Origin: an uncultured Pseudomonadales bacterium | GTDB taxonomy: Bacteria > Patescibacteriota > Microgenomatia > UBA1400 > CAYXSR01 | DNA: 59,573 bases | Direction: 5' to 3' | Assembly: GCA_964430265.1 (NCBI GenBank) | Contig: CAYSEI010000001.1 | Coordinates: 1 to 59,573, forward strand | Shown: positions 1-9,434 of the stretch, piece after piece | Position numbering within the stretch: position 1 is the stretch's first letter | Layout of the letters: each line of letters begins with the position of its first letter | Program-made: the position numbers and the translations under genes | The notes under the pieces: model-generated | Told to the model about the DNA's origin: nothing | Seen by the model: the letters and a program-made list of their open reading frames with translations, nothing else | Databases searched by the model: none

Positions 1-3000
1 CGATACCAACATTTCCACCAGTTTCATATATAGAAGAGTTAGTCAGTTCTGTTCCTCCGGTTGTCCAGATGGGGATATAGTTATCAGTTCCTGAGCCGTC
101 AATACCGCCGCCAACCTCAGACCAGGAATTACCGTCAAATGCCTGCAGTTGGTTGTTATCAGTATCCCAGGCGAGATATCCTTCGCCTGAACTGGGGTTG
201 GAAAAGCTGTTTGCCTGAGGAAGTCTGAATCCCATTGGTGTTGTAGAACCATGGGTGATTGCTCCAAGATCTAAGAATGTATTATTTGCCAAAGCACCAA
301 GATCATCAATATTGCCGGAACCGTTAAAAGATAAGGTAATGTTGTCTCCAGAGTCATAAATATCATTTCCTCCTAGTTTGAAATCACCGGCTACATGTAA
401 TTGTTGATCAGGGTCAGTTGTTCCAATGCCAAGATTACCAGCAGTTATATAACTTTCTGTGTCCGAATTAATTTTATTTGATAAATTTCCTGATGAATCA
501 TATTGATTAATAGTCCCGTCTCCAAAAACAACAAAACGGTCATTGTCATTATATTTAACTACGATTGGTTTTCTGCCCGCTATGGCATCCTGTAGACCGC
601 CTTTTATTTCTAGAAAATTGGTAGGGGAGGTAGTGCCAATGCTAAAGTTGGTATTTAAGACTGAAAAAGTGTTATCGTCAAAATAGAACTGAGGATTAGT
701 TGCACCGACATTCATTGTCCAGGTAAATGGTGAGCCGGATCCCCAAGTAAGTTCTGAAAGTTCGGTTGAATCAAAAGTTAAATCAAGTTGATTAGCTGTT
801 GCACCGGCAATTGCATCAATTCCTGCTCCTCCCAGAAATGTAGCTGTTTCTCCTGTTCCAATTGCCTGGGCAGTGCTACCGATGTCTCCCATAAGAAGCC
901 AGTCGCCACCTCCAGTTATTTCCGTCCAGCTTGTTCCATCAAAAGCTTGAAGTTGGTTATCATCAGTATCCCAGGCGAGATATCCTTCGCCTGAACTGGG
1001 GTTGGAAAAGCTGTTTGCCTGAGGAAGTCTGAATCCCATTGGTGTTGTAGAACCATGGGTGATTGCTCCAAGATCTAAGAATGTATTATTTGCCAAAGCA
1101 CCAAGATCATCAATATTGCCAGAACCGTTAAAAGATAAGGTAATGTTGTCTCCAGAGTCATAAATATCATTTCCCCCTAGTTTAAAATCACCAGTTATAT
1201 GCAGCTGTTGATCGGGGCTGCTTGTACCAATACCGACATTGCCGCCATCTTCAATAAAGATGCCCAGGGTAGAACTATCATCTAAAAGTTTTAGTCCAGC
1301 TGCTCCGGCAGCAGCTATGGTATTAACATCAATATCATTATCAAGATACAATCCTGAATTATCAGCAGATAAATCATCTCCAGCAGCAACAGTGAGGTTT
1401 TCAGAACCATCAGCTCCAATACCGTCATTTGCAGTATCTGTTACATCAGAAGCATCAAAAGCAAAGGTTAGATCATCATTACCATCATAAGAAACATTTA
1501 CACCTGTACCGGAATTAAAATCAAGTAATTCAGTAGAACCGATCTGATCTTGTTGAGAATTGTTAACATACAAATCCCAGTATTGATAGTTATCAAAACC
1601 AGTGACACTGCCTGAGGTATACAAACCATCTTTAAAAGTTAAGCCATCAGTAGTAGTTGTAGCACCTTGAGTACCATCTTGAGAGTAATAGTCATCAGCC
1701 TGAAGAGATCCTTCTATTTGTAATTGATATCCTGGATCAGTTGTACCAATACCGACATTACCAGTGCTTGAGCTTAAGTATGTTTCTCCGTCACTATTGA
1801 ATGTGCCTTGAACGTCAAACAAGTAGTCTGGTGAAAAGTCTGTACCTACTCCTATATTTCCATTAGAGTCAAAATTCATTCGAACAGTATCATTTGTAAT
1901 AATTTGAAAATCGTTGGAAGTAGTCATTCCAATATGGTATTCACTAGTATCTCTGTTGATAAGAAATTCCGCTGTAGTTCCGGAAATACCAGTATCATTA
2001 TTTAGAATGATACCAGTATCTTTATCTTGAAAAGATTCTACGTTTATAATAGTGTTTTCAGTTGGGTTATATAGGTGAAGCATATTTTGAGGATCAGTAG
2101 TTCCAATACCAACATTCCCTCCTGTTTCATAAATAGAGGAATCAGTTAGTTCAGTTCCAGAGCTTGTCCAGATTGGAATATAGTTATCAGTTCCAGAACC
2201 TCCAACAATACCTGCAGATGAAAGACTTTCCCATTGGGGGTTAGTTCCATTTGAGGAGAGTATATAGTTGTTTGCTCCAATATTTAATTGGTTTAATGTA
2301 TTTGCTCCTGATGCATAAAGCATATCTCCAGTTGTGTAGCTACCAAGACCTGTACCGCCTCTTGTTTCATCAAGGTATTGTTCTGTATTTAAAACACCGG
2401 AAGAGGTATAGACAGGGCCGTCAGTTGTTAAACCGCCAAAGGTAATGGTTCCGTCTGCATCCAGGTTAGAAGAACCAATGTCAATGTTGCCAAAGTTAGA
2501 AGTAATTGAACCACTGTCAAGTGTACCTACTTCTTCCAAAGAAGAGGAGGTAACACCTGTTCCCAAGGCTCCGGCAGACAAAACATCAGTACTATTAATT
2601 TGATATGTATTTCCTGATGTTAAATCAATGGTTCCATCTACATCAATGTTTCCTCCTAGATATGTGTTTCCGGTGACATTTAATTTATAGCTTCCAGGAC
2701 TGGTGTTGCCAATACCGACATTGTATACAGAATCATCTGGGTAAAGGTCATTGGAATCCAGTGTCCAGGGTCCTGCAGTGGAAGAAATATCAGTCCAAGT
2801 TGCGTTGCCTGAAGCATCTGACTGTAAAACATATCCGTTTGAAGATCCACTTGTCATTTGGAAGTTGGTTGTTTGTATTTTACCTTCCACATCCAGGTTG
2901 GTTGCTGGATCTGTTGTACCAATGCCGACATTACCGTTTGAATCAACATACAATCCTTCTGTTCCTCCGGCAGAACCTCTCAACCAGGTAGTTCCGTAAA

Positions 3001-6000
3001 CATCAAGATATGCCTGGGGATTAGTAGTACCAATGCCTACATTTGTAGCTGGATCTAATACTAAAGGACCGACACTGCTTGTAATAGTGCTGGTGCCGCT
3101 GCCACCCACTTCAAACTTCTTGGTGGGATTAGTTGTTCCCAAACCAATATTTCCAGTAGAGGAAATATACAAAGAGGGATTAGTTGCTGGTGCAGTGCCG
3201 CCGATTCCAATATTAGTTCCGGATTGATAAATAGCAGCATCAGTCAGTTCTGTACCTGAGCTTGTCCAAAGAGAAAGATAGTTATCAGTACCAGAACCGC
3301 CTACAATACCTGCAGATGAAAGACTTTCCCATTGGGGAGTGGTTCCATTGGAGGAAAGTATATAGTTATCAGAGCCAATATTCAACTGGCTTAATGTAGT
3401 TGTACCAGAAGCATACAAAAGATCACCAATTGAATAGCTTCCCAAGCCTGTACCGCCTCTTGTTTCATCAAGATAGCTTTCTGTATTTAAAACACCGGAA
3501 GAGGTATAGACAGGGCCGTCAGTTGTTAAGCCGCCAAAAGTGATTGTACCTCCTGCGGATAAGTTGGAAGAACCAATATCAATATTGCCAAAACCAGATG
3601 TAATTGAACCGCTGTTTAGTGCACCCACCTCTTCCAAAGAAGAGGAAGTAACACCTGTGCCCAAGGCTCCGGCAGACAAAACATCAGTAGAGTTAATTTG
3701 GTATGTGCTTCCTGAAGAAATATCAATGGTTCCATCTACATCAACATTTCCACCTAGATATGTGTTTCCGGTGACATTCAACCTATATGTTCCAGGGGAA
3801 GAATTGCCGATTCCCACATTTCCATTAAAGGCTGCAATTGCATTGCTGACATCACTTGGGTTGTATCCTACACCCAGTATTCCGCTGTCAAGATAAACAT
3901 TATTGCCAAAAGTGGAAGAACCGGTTACATCTAAGGTCCCGTCTAAATATGTATTGCCGGTGACATTTAATTTATAGCTGCCCGGATTGGTATTGCCAAT
4001 ACCAACATTGTAGGCAGAATCATCTGGGTAAAGATCATTGGTATCCAGTGTCCAGGGTCCTGCAGTGGAGGAAAGGTCAGTCCATGTTGCATTGCCTGAG
4101 CCATCAGACTGTAAAACATATCCATTTGCAGATCCATTAGTCATCTGGAAGTTGGTGGTTTGTATTTTACCATCCACATCCAAATTAGTTGCCGGATCAG
4201 TAGTTCCGATTCCCACATTACCGTTTGACTCAATAACCATTTCCGGATTTCCGGTTCCATTGGGGTTAAACTGGAATTCATCCAAAGATGCGGAATACCC
4301 CAGAGTTGCATCAGTTGTATCATCAAAATATACTGTTCCGCCGTCAAGGTATAGATCATTGAAATAGTTGGAAGAGCTTCCCAGGTTTAATCCTTTGTTA
4401 GTTACCGGGTAGAGTGCAGAACCGGTTAATCTTAGTTCATCTGCATCTCCAACTCTCCAGGTTATTTGATTATCTGTTGAGAAGTCAACTAGGTTGTGTG
4501 CATCTCTGCCGATTTTACCTGAAGTTCCTAGGTATACTGTGCTGGGAAGGGAAACAGTGGCTGTTCCATCTCCGTCATCTGCAACATCAATTTCATTAGT
4601 TGATCCACTAATCCAAGAAGATGCATTTGTAGAAGTAAGATTTTTGGAACCATCTGTTGCTAATAATCTGGAAGCGGTCAAACCGGAAAGATTTAAGCTG
4701 CTGCCATACATATTTCCATCAACTTCCAAAACATCTTCAACATATAAATCACCATCACCGGTTGCATTATTAATGGTACCGGCATCACCAATTCTTACTT
4801 CATCACCTGTTACTTGTAAAGCTCCAGTTGGATTGGTTAAACCAATACCAACATTACCACTTGATTCTGCATATATAGATGGATTGTTTACAGGGTCGGT
4901 GCCACCAATACCAACGTCATTATTTAATTCATAAATAGAGGAGTCAGTTAGTTCAGTACCAGAACTTGTCCAGATTGGAATATAGTTATCAGTTCCAGAA
5001 CCGCCTACAATTCCTGCATTAGAAACGCTTTGCCATTGTGGAGCAGTTCCGTTAGAAGAGAGAATATAATTGTCTCCGCCAATTCCTAGGGTGTTTAATG
5101 TATTTGCTCCAGATGCATAAAGCATATCTCCAGTTGTGTAGCTTCCAAGACCAGTCCCGCCTCTTGTTTCATCAAGGTATTGTTCTGTATTTAAAACACC
5201 AAAAGAGGTATAGACAGGGCCGTCAGTTGTTAAGCCGCCAAAAGTGATTGTTCCATCTGCATCAAGATTGGAAGAACCAATATCAATATTGCCAAAGTTG
5301 GAAGTAATAGAACCACTGTCAAGTGTACCTACAGACTCCAAAGAAGAGGAGGTAACACCTGTTCCCAAGGCTCCGGCAGACAAAACATCAGTAGAGTTAA
5401 TTTGATATGTATTTCCTGATACTAGATTGATTGTTCCATTTGCTTCAAGATTTCCGTTTAAGTATGTATTCCCCTCAACATAAAGTTTGTAGTCATTGGG
5501 TTCAGTAGTGCCGATTCCCACATTGTATGCAATATCATCTGGGTACAAGTCGTTGTTGTTTAAAGTCCAGGGGCCGGCAATAGAGGAAACGTCAGCCCAG
5601 GTTGCATTTCCTGAGGCGTCAGACTGCATTACATAATTTGCAGCTGCACCATTTGTCATCTGGAAATTAGTAGTCTGAATTTTCCCATCTACCTCAAGAT
5701 TTGTGCCAGGACTGGAAGTGCCAATACCGACATTGCCTAAAATATATGAACTGCTTGTGCTGCCGATATTAATTGCTCCGTCTGCTTGGACGATTCCTTG
5801 TTTGGTGACATGAAATATTTCTTCTGTTCCTTCATTAAATACCTGAAAAGGATATGCAAGTTCTGATAATGAAGAAGAATCTTTGGCAGGGAAATAGTAG
5901 TCGCGCAGGCCGACCATAAACCTGCCGTCTTCATTTACACCGCTGTTTACATACCAGTTGCTGCCATTGTAATGTGTGAATTGAATGTGTCCATAATCGC

Positions 6001-8749
6001 CGCCGCCATAAACAACTCTGAACTCTCCTGGCCTGGCATCATGATTTGCAGAATAGAGTTCAAAGTTGCCTCCGTTAGCTCCGCCCCAGCCAAGATCCAG
6101 GCGGTTGCCGTATGCATCATTGTTTTCTAAATTTAAGAAAAGTCCAGGATTGGGAGTTCCAGCAGGATCATTAGGATGTTGAAAAACAATTCCCGGCATG
6201 TCTGCGTCCCAGGCTCTGGTGCTTGCTGAGCTGTAGTTTAGTATTAATCTTCCATCTGTAGCTGCGTCTGCATCCCAGGTCATGCTGTTACCAGAAACAT
6301 CGGAATTAAATACTACATCAAAATTGTCTCCGTCATCTCCTACAACCAAATTACCGTCAATATGAAGCTTTGCATCTGCAGCTGTGGTACCAATACCTAC
6401 ATTTCCAGATGTTTCATAAATAGAGGAGTCAGTCAGTTCAGTTCCTCCGGTTGTCCAGATGGGGATATAGTTATCAGTTCCTGATCCGCCAACTATTCCT
6501 GCGTCTGGCAGACTTTCCCATTGTGGATTGGTTCCGTTTGAGGTCATTACATAGTCATTAGCGCCAATAGATAGTTGGTTTAAGGTGTCTGTTGCTGAGG
6601 CATAAAGCATATCACCGGTTGTGTAGCTACCCAGTCCTGTACCGCCTCTTGTTTCATCAAGATATTGTTCTGTATTTAAAACACCGGAGGAAGTATAGAC
6701 AGGGCCGTCAGTTGTTAAGCCTCCAAAGGTAATGGTTCCGTCTGCATCCAGGTTAGAAGAACCAATATCAATGTTGCCAAATCCCGAGGTAATAGAACCG
6801 CTGTCTAAAGCCCCCACTTCTTCCAGGGAAGAGGAGGTAACACCTGTTCCCAAGGTGCCGGCAGACAAAACATCAACATCATTTATTTGGTACGTGTTTC
6901 CAGCAGAAATATCAATTGATCCAACTACATCAAGTTTGTCATTGGGATTGGTGGTGCCAATACCCACATTGGTTGCCGGTTCAAAGATAAGGGGACCAAC
7001 TGTGGTGGCAATCGTGCTTTCACCATCGCCGGCTATTTCAAATTTTCTTGTCGGGTTGGTAGTGCCGATACCGATATTAGCATTATTGATTGAGAATACG
7101 CCTGAGTCAAAATAGAATTCGGGATCTGTATTTCCTACATCCATGGTCCAGGTGAATGGAGAACCGGACCCCCAAGTTAAATCTGATAATTCAGTAGAAT
7201 CAAAATCAATTGTCAAATCATCACTTGAGTAAGAAGTATCAATTCCTGTACCGCCTAAAAATGAAGCAGTGTCACCAATTGCGATGCTGCCAGTATTAGT
7301 TCCGTCAGACATCAGCCAGGACTGCATATATCTGCCGTCAAAGTCGGTAGTTAAATCACCGAGTGTGCCTGTTCTGGTTAGGGTTAAAACACCATCACTG
7401 GTATTAAAAGAAGCGCCATCAACATAATCATCATTTGCTCCGGTGCTGACAATTGCAGAATCAAGATCATGTAAAACGTCTTGAACATTTATTGAAGCGC
7501 TGTTTGTAAACTCATCATATGTACCCACTAAATATGCTCCGGAGGTTGTATTGGATGAACCTGTATCGCCAATTCCAATTGAACCAATAATTAGGTCATT
7601 TCCTGAGGAAATATGAATATCTCCAGTTACATCAAGCATATAATTGGAAGGATCAGTTGTACCAATACCGACATTGCCTGTTGCATCAACAAAAAGACCG
7701 GAGGTTCCTCCGCCAACCCCTCTGAGCCAGGCAACATCCTGAACATCAAAATATACTTCCGGATCAGTGGTTCCAATACCAATCTTTCCTGTTCCGTCTG
7801 GAATAAGGGAAATATTTCCATTGCTTTCTGTTGACAAAAACAAATTTTGTCCTTTAATTTCAAAATTACCAGATTCGGAATAGATCATTGGACTAGATGC
7901 GGCCAGATAAAGATCTCCTTCCTGGGTTAGGACAGGAATTCTATCTGCTCCAGCTGAAGCAGAAGGTTCAAAACCCTGCAAGGTTTCTGAGTTTAAAGCA
8001 TATCCGACTGTGGCAATTTGTTGTCGTGGTTCCATTTCCTCATCTGTTTCTACAGTTACTCCAAGATAAAGATTTGCATTTTCTGTAAAAAGGGAAGAGG
8101 GAATAGGATTACCGGGATCATGATCTCCAAGAAGGACATTGAAAATACCGTCCTGATCCGGATCAACTACTCGATATTCCTCCCAAAGCTGGGCTGATCC
8201 AGAAGCTTCATCGTCATTATAGATGGCAAACCGCATGGCAGTAAGAGCATCTATCGGATTATTTGAAGAGTCAGTTAAGCGCCCTTGAAAGGAAAGAATC
8301 CGGTTTGGAGTAGTGGGATCTGTTGCCTGAGGATAAGCAGCTGATTTTCTGGCTTCTTTAGAAAATTGTCTGTATCCGAATATACTCATGGCAACTACAA
8401 AAACTATCAAAATGACGGCATTCAAATATTTGGAAAAGGAAAAATCCTGATAATCTTTATACCAGTCTGGTCTTTGGTATTTAATTTTGTCCGCAATATT
8501 GGAGATTTTTTCTTTTAAGCTGTTTGTTTTAGAAGCTGTTTTTGTCTTAGAAGTTAGGGAGTTTTTAATTTTTTCCGTAACTTGTTCTGCATGGATTAAG
8601 TTATTTTCTTGTGCCCAGTTGCGGAATTTGTCCAAGGAGATTAACTTTCTTTTAATGGTTGAATCAGCCAATCCCTGCCTTTTAAGCTCTTTTTTGTATG
8701 CTTTGATTAGTGTTGGTGATAAATTTTTTAGGGCAGGGTTTTGATTCAT
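1..8749 (-). CDS. Giant surface protein (>2916 aa, C-terminus beyond the window edge): integrase-SAM-like N-domain, one TM helix, then tail-fibre-like repeat modules
   Basis: Absent from the ORF track because there is no stop codon inside the window. Hand translation from ATG 8749-8747 gives MNQNPALKNLSPTLIKAYKKELKRQGLADSTIKRKLISLDKFRNWAQ...YLNAVILIVFVVAMSIFGY (TM)...ILSFQGRLTDSSNNPIDALTAMRFAIYNDDEASGSAQLWEEYRVVDPDQDGIFNVLLG...LYLGVTVETDEEMEPRQQIATVGYALNSETLQG, then many GNVGIGTT(D/S)P units. Segments translated at about 8749-7600, 6418-5940, 2722-2100 and 190-2 are stop-free and share one phase relative to 8749. No other long ORF lies in 1-8745 on either strand. The full 8.7 kb was not checked codon by codon. 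Confidence 0.85.
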   Translation of the reverse strand, partial: MNQNPALKNLSPTLIKAYKKELKRQGLADSTIKRKLISLDKFRNWAQENNLIHAEQVTEKIKNSLTSKTKTASKTNSLKEKISNIADKIKYQRPDWYKDYQDFSFSKYLNAVILIVFVVAMSIFGYRQFSKEARKSAAYPQATDPTTPNRILSFQGRLTDSSNNPIDALTAMRFAIYNDDEASGSAQLWEEYRVVDPDQDGIFNVLLGDHDPGNPIPSSLFTENANLYLGVTVETDEEMEPRQQIATVGYALNSETLQGFEPSASAGADRIPVLTQEGDLYLAASSPMIYSESGNFEIKGQNLFLSTESNGNISLIPDGTGKIGIGTTDPEVYFDVQDVAWLRGVGGGTSGLFVDATGNVGIGTTDPSNYMLDVTGDIHISSGNDLIIGSIGIGDTGSSNTTSGAYLVGTYDEFTNSASINVQDVLHDLDSAIVSTGANDDYVDGASFNTSDGVLTLTRTGTLGDLTTDFDGRYMQSWLMSDGTNTGSIAIGDTASFLGGTGIDTSYSSDDLTIDFDSTELSDLTWGSGSPFTWTMDVGNTDPEFYFDSGVFSINNANIGIGTTNPTRKFEIAGDGESTIATTVGPLIFEPATNVGIGTTNPNDKLDVVGSIDISAGNTYQINDVDVLSAGTLGTGVTSSSLEEVGALDSGSITSGFGNIDIGSSNLDADGTITFGGLTTDGPVYTSSGVLNTEQYLDETRGGTGLGSYTTGDMLYASATDTLNQLSIGANDYVMTSNGTNPQWESLPDAGIVGGSGTDNYIPIWTTGGTELTDSSIYETSGNVGIGTTAADAKLHIDGNLVVGDDGDNFDVVFNSDVSGNSMTWDADAATDGRLILNYSSASTRAWDADMPGIVFQHPNDPAGTPNPGLFLNLENNDAYGNRLDLGWGGANGGNFELYSANHDARPGEFRVVYGGGDYGHIQFTHYNGSNWYVNSGVNEDGRFMVGLRDYYFPAKDSSSLSELAYPFQVFNEGTEEIFHVTKQGIVQADGAINIGSTSSSYILGNVGIGTSSPGTNLEVDGKIQTTNFQMTNGAAANYVMQSDASGNATWADVSSIAGPWTLNNNDLYPDDIAYNVGIGTTEPNDYKLYVEGNTYLNGNLEANGTINLVSGNTYQINSTDVLSAGALGTGVTSSSLESVGTLDSGSITSNFGNIDIGSSNLDADGTITFGGLTTDGPVYTSFGVLNTEQYLDETRGGTGLGSYTTGDMLYASGANTLNTLGIGGDNYILSSNGTAPQWQSVSNAGIVGGSGTDNYIPIWTSSGTELTDSSIYELNNDVGIGGTDPVNNPSIYAESSGNVGIGLTNPTGALQVTGDEVRIGDAGTINNATGDGDLYVEDVLEVDGNMYGSSLNLSGLTASRLLATDGSKNLTSTNASSWISGSTNEIDVADDGDGTATVSLPSTVYLGTSGKIGRDAHNLVDFSTDNQITWRVGDADELRLTGSALYPVTNKGLNLGSSSNYFNDLYLDGGTVYFDDTTDATLGYSASLDEFQFNPNGTGNPEMVIESNGNVGIGTTDPATNLDVDGKIQTTNFQMTNGSANGYVLQSDGSGNATWTDLSSTAGPWTLDTNDLYPDDSAYNVGIGNTNPGSYKLNVTGNTYLDGTLDVTGSSTFGNNVYLDSGILGVGYNPSDVSNAIAAFNGNVGIGNSSPGTYRLNVTGNTYLGGNVDVDGTIDISSGSTYQINSTDVLSAGALGTGVTSSSLEEVGALNSGSITSGFGNIDIGSSNLSAGGTITFGGLTTDGPVYTSSGVLNTESYLDETRGGTGLGSYSIGDLLYASGTTTLSQLNIGSDNYILSSNGTTPQWESLSSAGIVGGSGTDNYLSLWTSSGTELTDAAIYQSGTNIGIGGTAPATNPSLYISSTGNIGLGTTNPTKKFEVGGSGTSTITSSVGPLVLDPATNVGIGTTNPQAYLDVYGTTWLRGSAGGTEGLYVDSNGNVGIGTTDPATNLDVEGKIQTTNFQMTSGSSNGYVLQSDASGNATWTDISSTAGPWTLDSNDLYPDDSVYNVGIGNTSPGSYKLNVTGNTYLGGNIDVDGTIDLTSGNTYQINSTDVLSAGALGTGVTSSSLEEVGTLDSGSITSNFGNIDIGSSNLDADGTITFGGLTTDGPVYTSSGVLNTEQYLDETRGGTGLGSYTTGDMLYASGANTLNQLNIGANNYILSSNGTNPQWESLSSAGIVGGSGTDNYIPIWTSSGTELTDSSIYETGGNVGIGTTDPQNMLHLYNPTENTIINVESFQDKDTGIILNNDTGISGTTAEFLINRDTSEYHIGMTTSNDFQIITNDTVRMNFDSNGNIGVGTDFSPDYLFDVQGTFNSDGETYLSSSTGNVGIGTTDPGYQLQIEGSLQADDYYSQDGTQGATTTTDGLTFKDGLYTSGSVTGFDNYQYWDLYVNNSQQDQIGSTELLDFNSGTGVNVSYDGNDDLTFAFDASDVTDTANDGIGADGSENLTVAAGDDLSADNSGLYLDNDIDVNTIAAAGAAGLKLLDDSSTLGIFIEDGGNVGIGTSSPDQQLHITGDFKLGGNDIYDSGDNITLSFNGSGNIDDLGALANNTFLDLGAITHGSTTPMGFRLPQANSFSNPSSGEGYLAWDTDDNQLQAFDGTSWTEITGGGDWLLMGDIGSTAQAIGTGETATFLGGAGIDAIAGATANQLDLTFDSTELSELTWGSGSPFTWTMNVGATNPQFYFDDNTFSVLNTNFSIGTTSPTNFLEIKGGLQDAIAGRKPIVVKYNDNDRFVVFGDGTINQYDSSGNLSNKINSDTESYITAGNLGIGTTDPDQQLHVAGDFKLGGNDIYDSGDNITLSFNGSGNIDDLGALANNTFLDLGAITHGSTTPMGFRLPQANSFSNPSSGEGYLAWDTDNNQLQAFDGNSWSEVGGGIDGSGTDNYIPIWTTGGTELTNSSIYETGGNVGI
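158..395 (-). repeat. Intragenic near-identical repeat, copy A (partner 962-1199, offset 804 bp = 268 codons)
   Basis: 158-316 matches 962-1120 base for base (159 bp). The first mismatch is g317 vs a1121. Similarity continues with scattered mismatches to about 395/1199. Confidence 0.9.
962..1199 (-). repeat. Intragenic near-identical repeat, copy B (partner 158-395)
   Basis: Same alignment as copy A. Encodes ...GEGYLAWDTDNNQLQAFDG...-type sequence in the giant ORF frame. Confidence 0.9.
2100..6960 (-). repeat. Family of four ~0.6 kb coding modules inside the giant gene (approx. 2100-2725, 3205-3830, 4905-5530, 6395-6960)
   Basis: Long shared strings recur in each copy, e.g. gtccagattggaatatagttatcagttccagaacc, cctcttgtttcatcaag...gtatttaaaacaccgga.gaggtatagacagggccgtcagttgtta and ggtaacacctgt.cccaagg..ccggcagacaaaacatca. 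Copy 2 translates to NVGIGNTSPGSYKLNVTGNTYLGGNIDVDGTIDL...ETRGGTGLGSYTTGDMLYASGANTLNQLNIGANNYILSSNGTNPQWESL...NYIPIWTSSGTELTDSSIYETGGNVGIG. A partial fifth copy ends at 1-100. Boundaries are approximate. Confidence 0.75.
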
Positions 8750-9267
8750 GTTTCGTTTATTTGTTTGCTGCTTTTAGATTGCGAATAATTAGCTCCACCT
8801 CCGGAAGCTTTGTATTTTTCCTGGATAAACTGCCAAAATTGCCTGATATCGGACATGTAGTTTTTGATGGTTGCATCTGACAAGTTTTCTTTTTTTAAAC
8901 TGTTTCTAAATTGGTTAAGGATTTCCGGATCATTGCTTTTTTTGTTTGTTTGCTTGTTGATGTTTTTTAAGCATGCAGTTGGATCATTCTTGAGGTCCGA
9001 AGTTTCTGTAAGAAAAACACCAAACTTGCGCAGGGTAGAAAGATATCGATTGATAGATTTAGTAGGATTATTTTGCTCTAGCAAGTGGGTTTTATAGGAG
9101 GCATAGGTTGATGTGTCCAAAACACTTTTTTGAGTTTTAGCAATCCATATAAGAAACTGCCGAAGATCTGAAGCATAATTTTTGATTGTAATATCGGACA
9201 CTTCCTTGTTTTCAAGATATTTCTTGAATTTCTTAATAATTTTGGTTTGTTGGGCAGGCTGGTTCAT
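8746..9267 (-). CDS. Small protein made of two integrase-N-terminal SAM-like (core-binding-type) repeats, with no catalytic domain
   Basis: ORF track, 173 aa. Two similar units: KKFKKYLENKEVSDITIKNYASDLRQFLIWI and LNQFRNSLKKENLSDATIKNYMSDIRQFWQFI. Its TGA stop (8748-8746) overlaps the giant gene's ATG (8749-8747) as ATGA. Confidence 0.6.
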   Translation of the reverse strand: MNQPAQQTKIIKKFKKYLENKEVSDITIKNYASDLRQFLIWIAKTQKSVLDTSTYASYKTHLLEQNNPTKSINRYLSTLRKFGVFLTETSDLKNDPTACLKNINKQTNKKSNDPEILNQFRNSLKKENLSDATIKNYMSDIRQFWQFIQEKYKASGGGANYSQSKSSKQINET

Positions 9268-9272
9268 TTTTT

Positions 9273-9434
9273 TTAAATAAAAAGCAAAATAAATAAGCTA
9301 AGGAAAAAAATTGCAATACCCCAAAATTCGCCAATTAATTTAATTTCAGCAAAAGAAGAATTTTTTTTGCTGTTTACTTTGACGCCCATCTGCCAACCTC
9401 GAGTAAAAGCAGGGGAGAATTCTGTTGTTTGCAT
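9273..9434 (-). CDS. Possible 53-aa small membrane protein
   Basis: Hand translation gives MQTTEFSPAFTRGWQMGVKVNSKKNSSFAEIKLIGEFWGIAIFFLSLFILLFI*. It sits directly upstream of, and co-directional with, the 8746-9267 gene. Below the track cutoff, with no further support. Confidence 0.25.
   Translation of the reverse strand: MQTTEFSPAFTRGWQMGVKVNSKKNSSFAEIKLIGEFWGIAIFFLSLFILLFI

Noticed and set aside
158-1199. The near-identical repeat pair might be a diversity-generating retroelement template/variable repeat.
   Set aside because: The few mismatches (g/a, t/c, g/a and others) are not restricted to adenine positions of one copy. No reverse transcriptase gene is in the window. Both copies are in frame within the same gene.
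1-8745. The lack of long ORFs in the track suggested an alternative genetic code, a pseudogene graveyard or a non-coding repeat array.
   Set aside because: The minus strand translates cleanly under the standard code from ATG 8749. All spot-checked segments are in one phase. Neighbouring genes such as leuS and argS also read normally with the standard code. The ORF was omitted only because its stop lies outside the window.
1-8745. CRISPR-like periodic repeats.
   Set aside because: The repeats are hundreds of bp long, imperfect, irregularly spaced (about 800-2100 bp) and protein-coding. No short direct-repeat/spacer pattern or cas genes were seen anywhere in the window.
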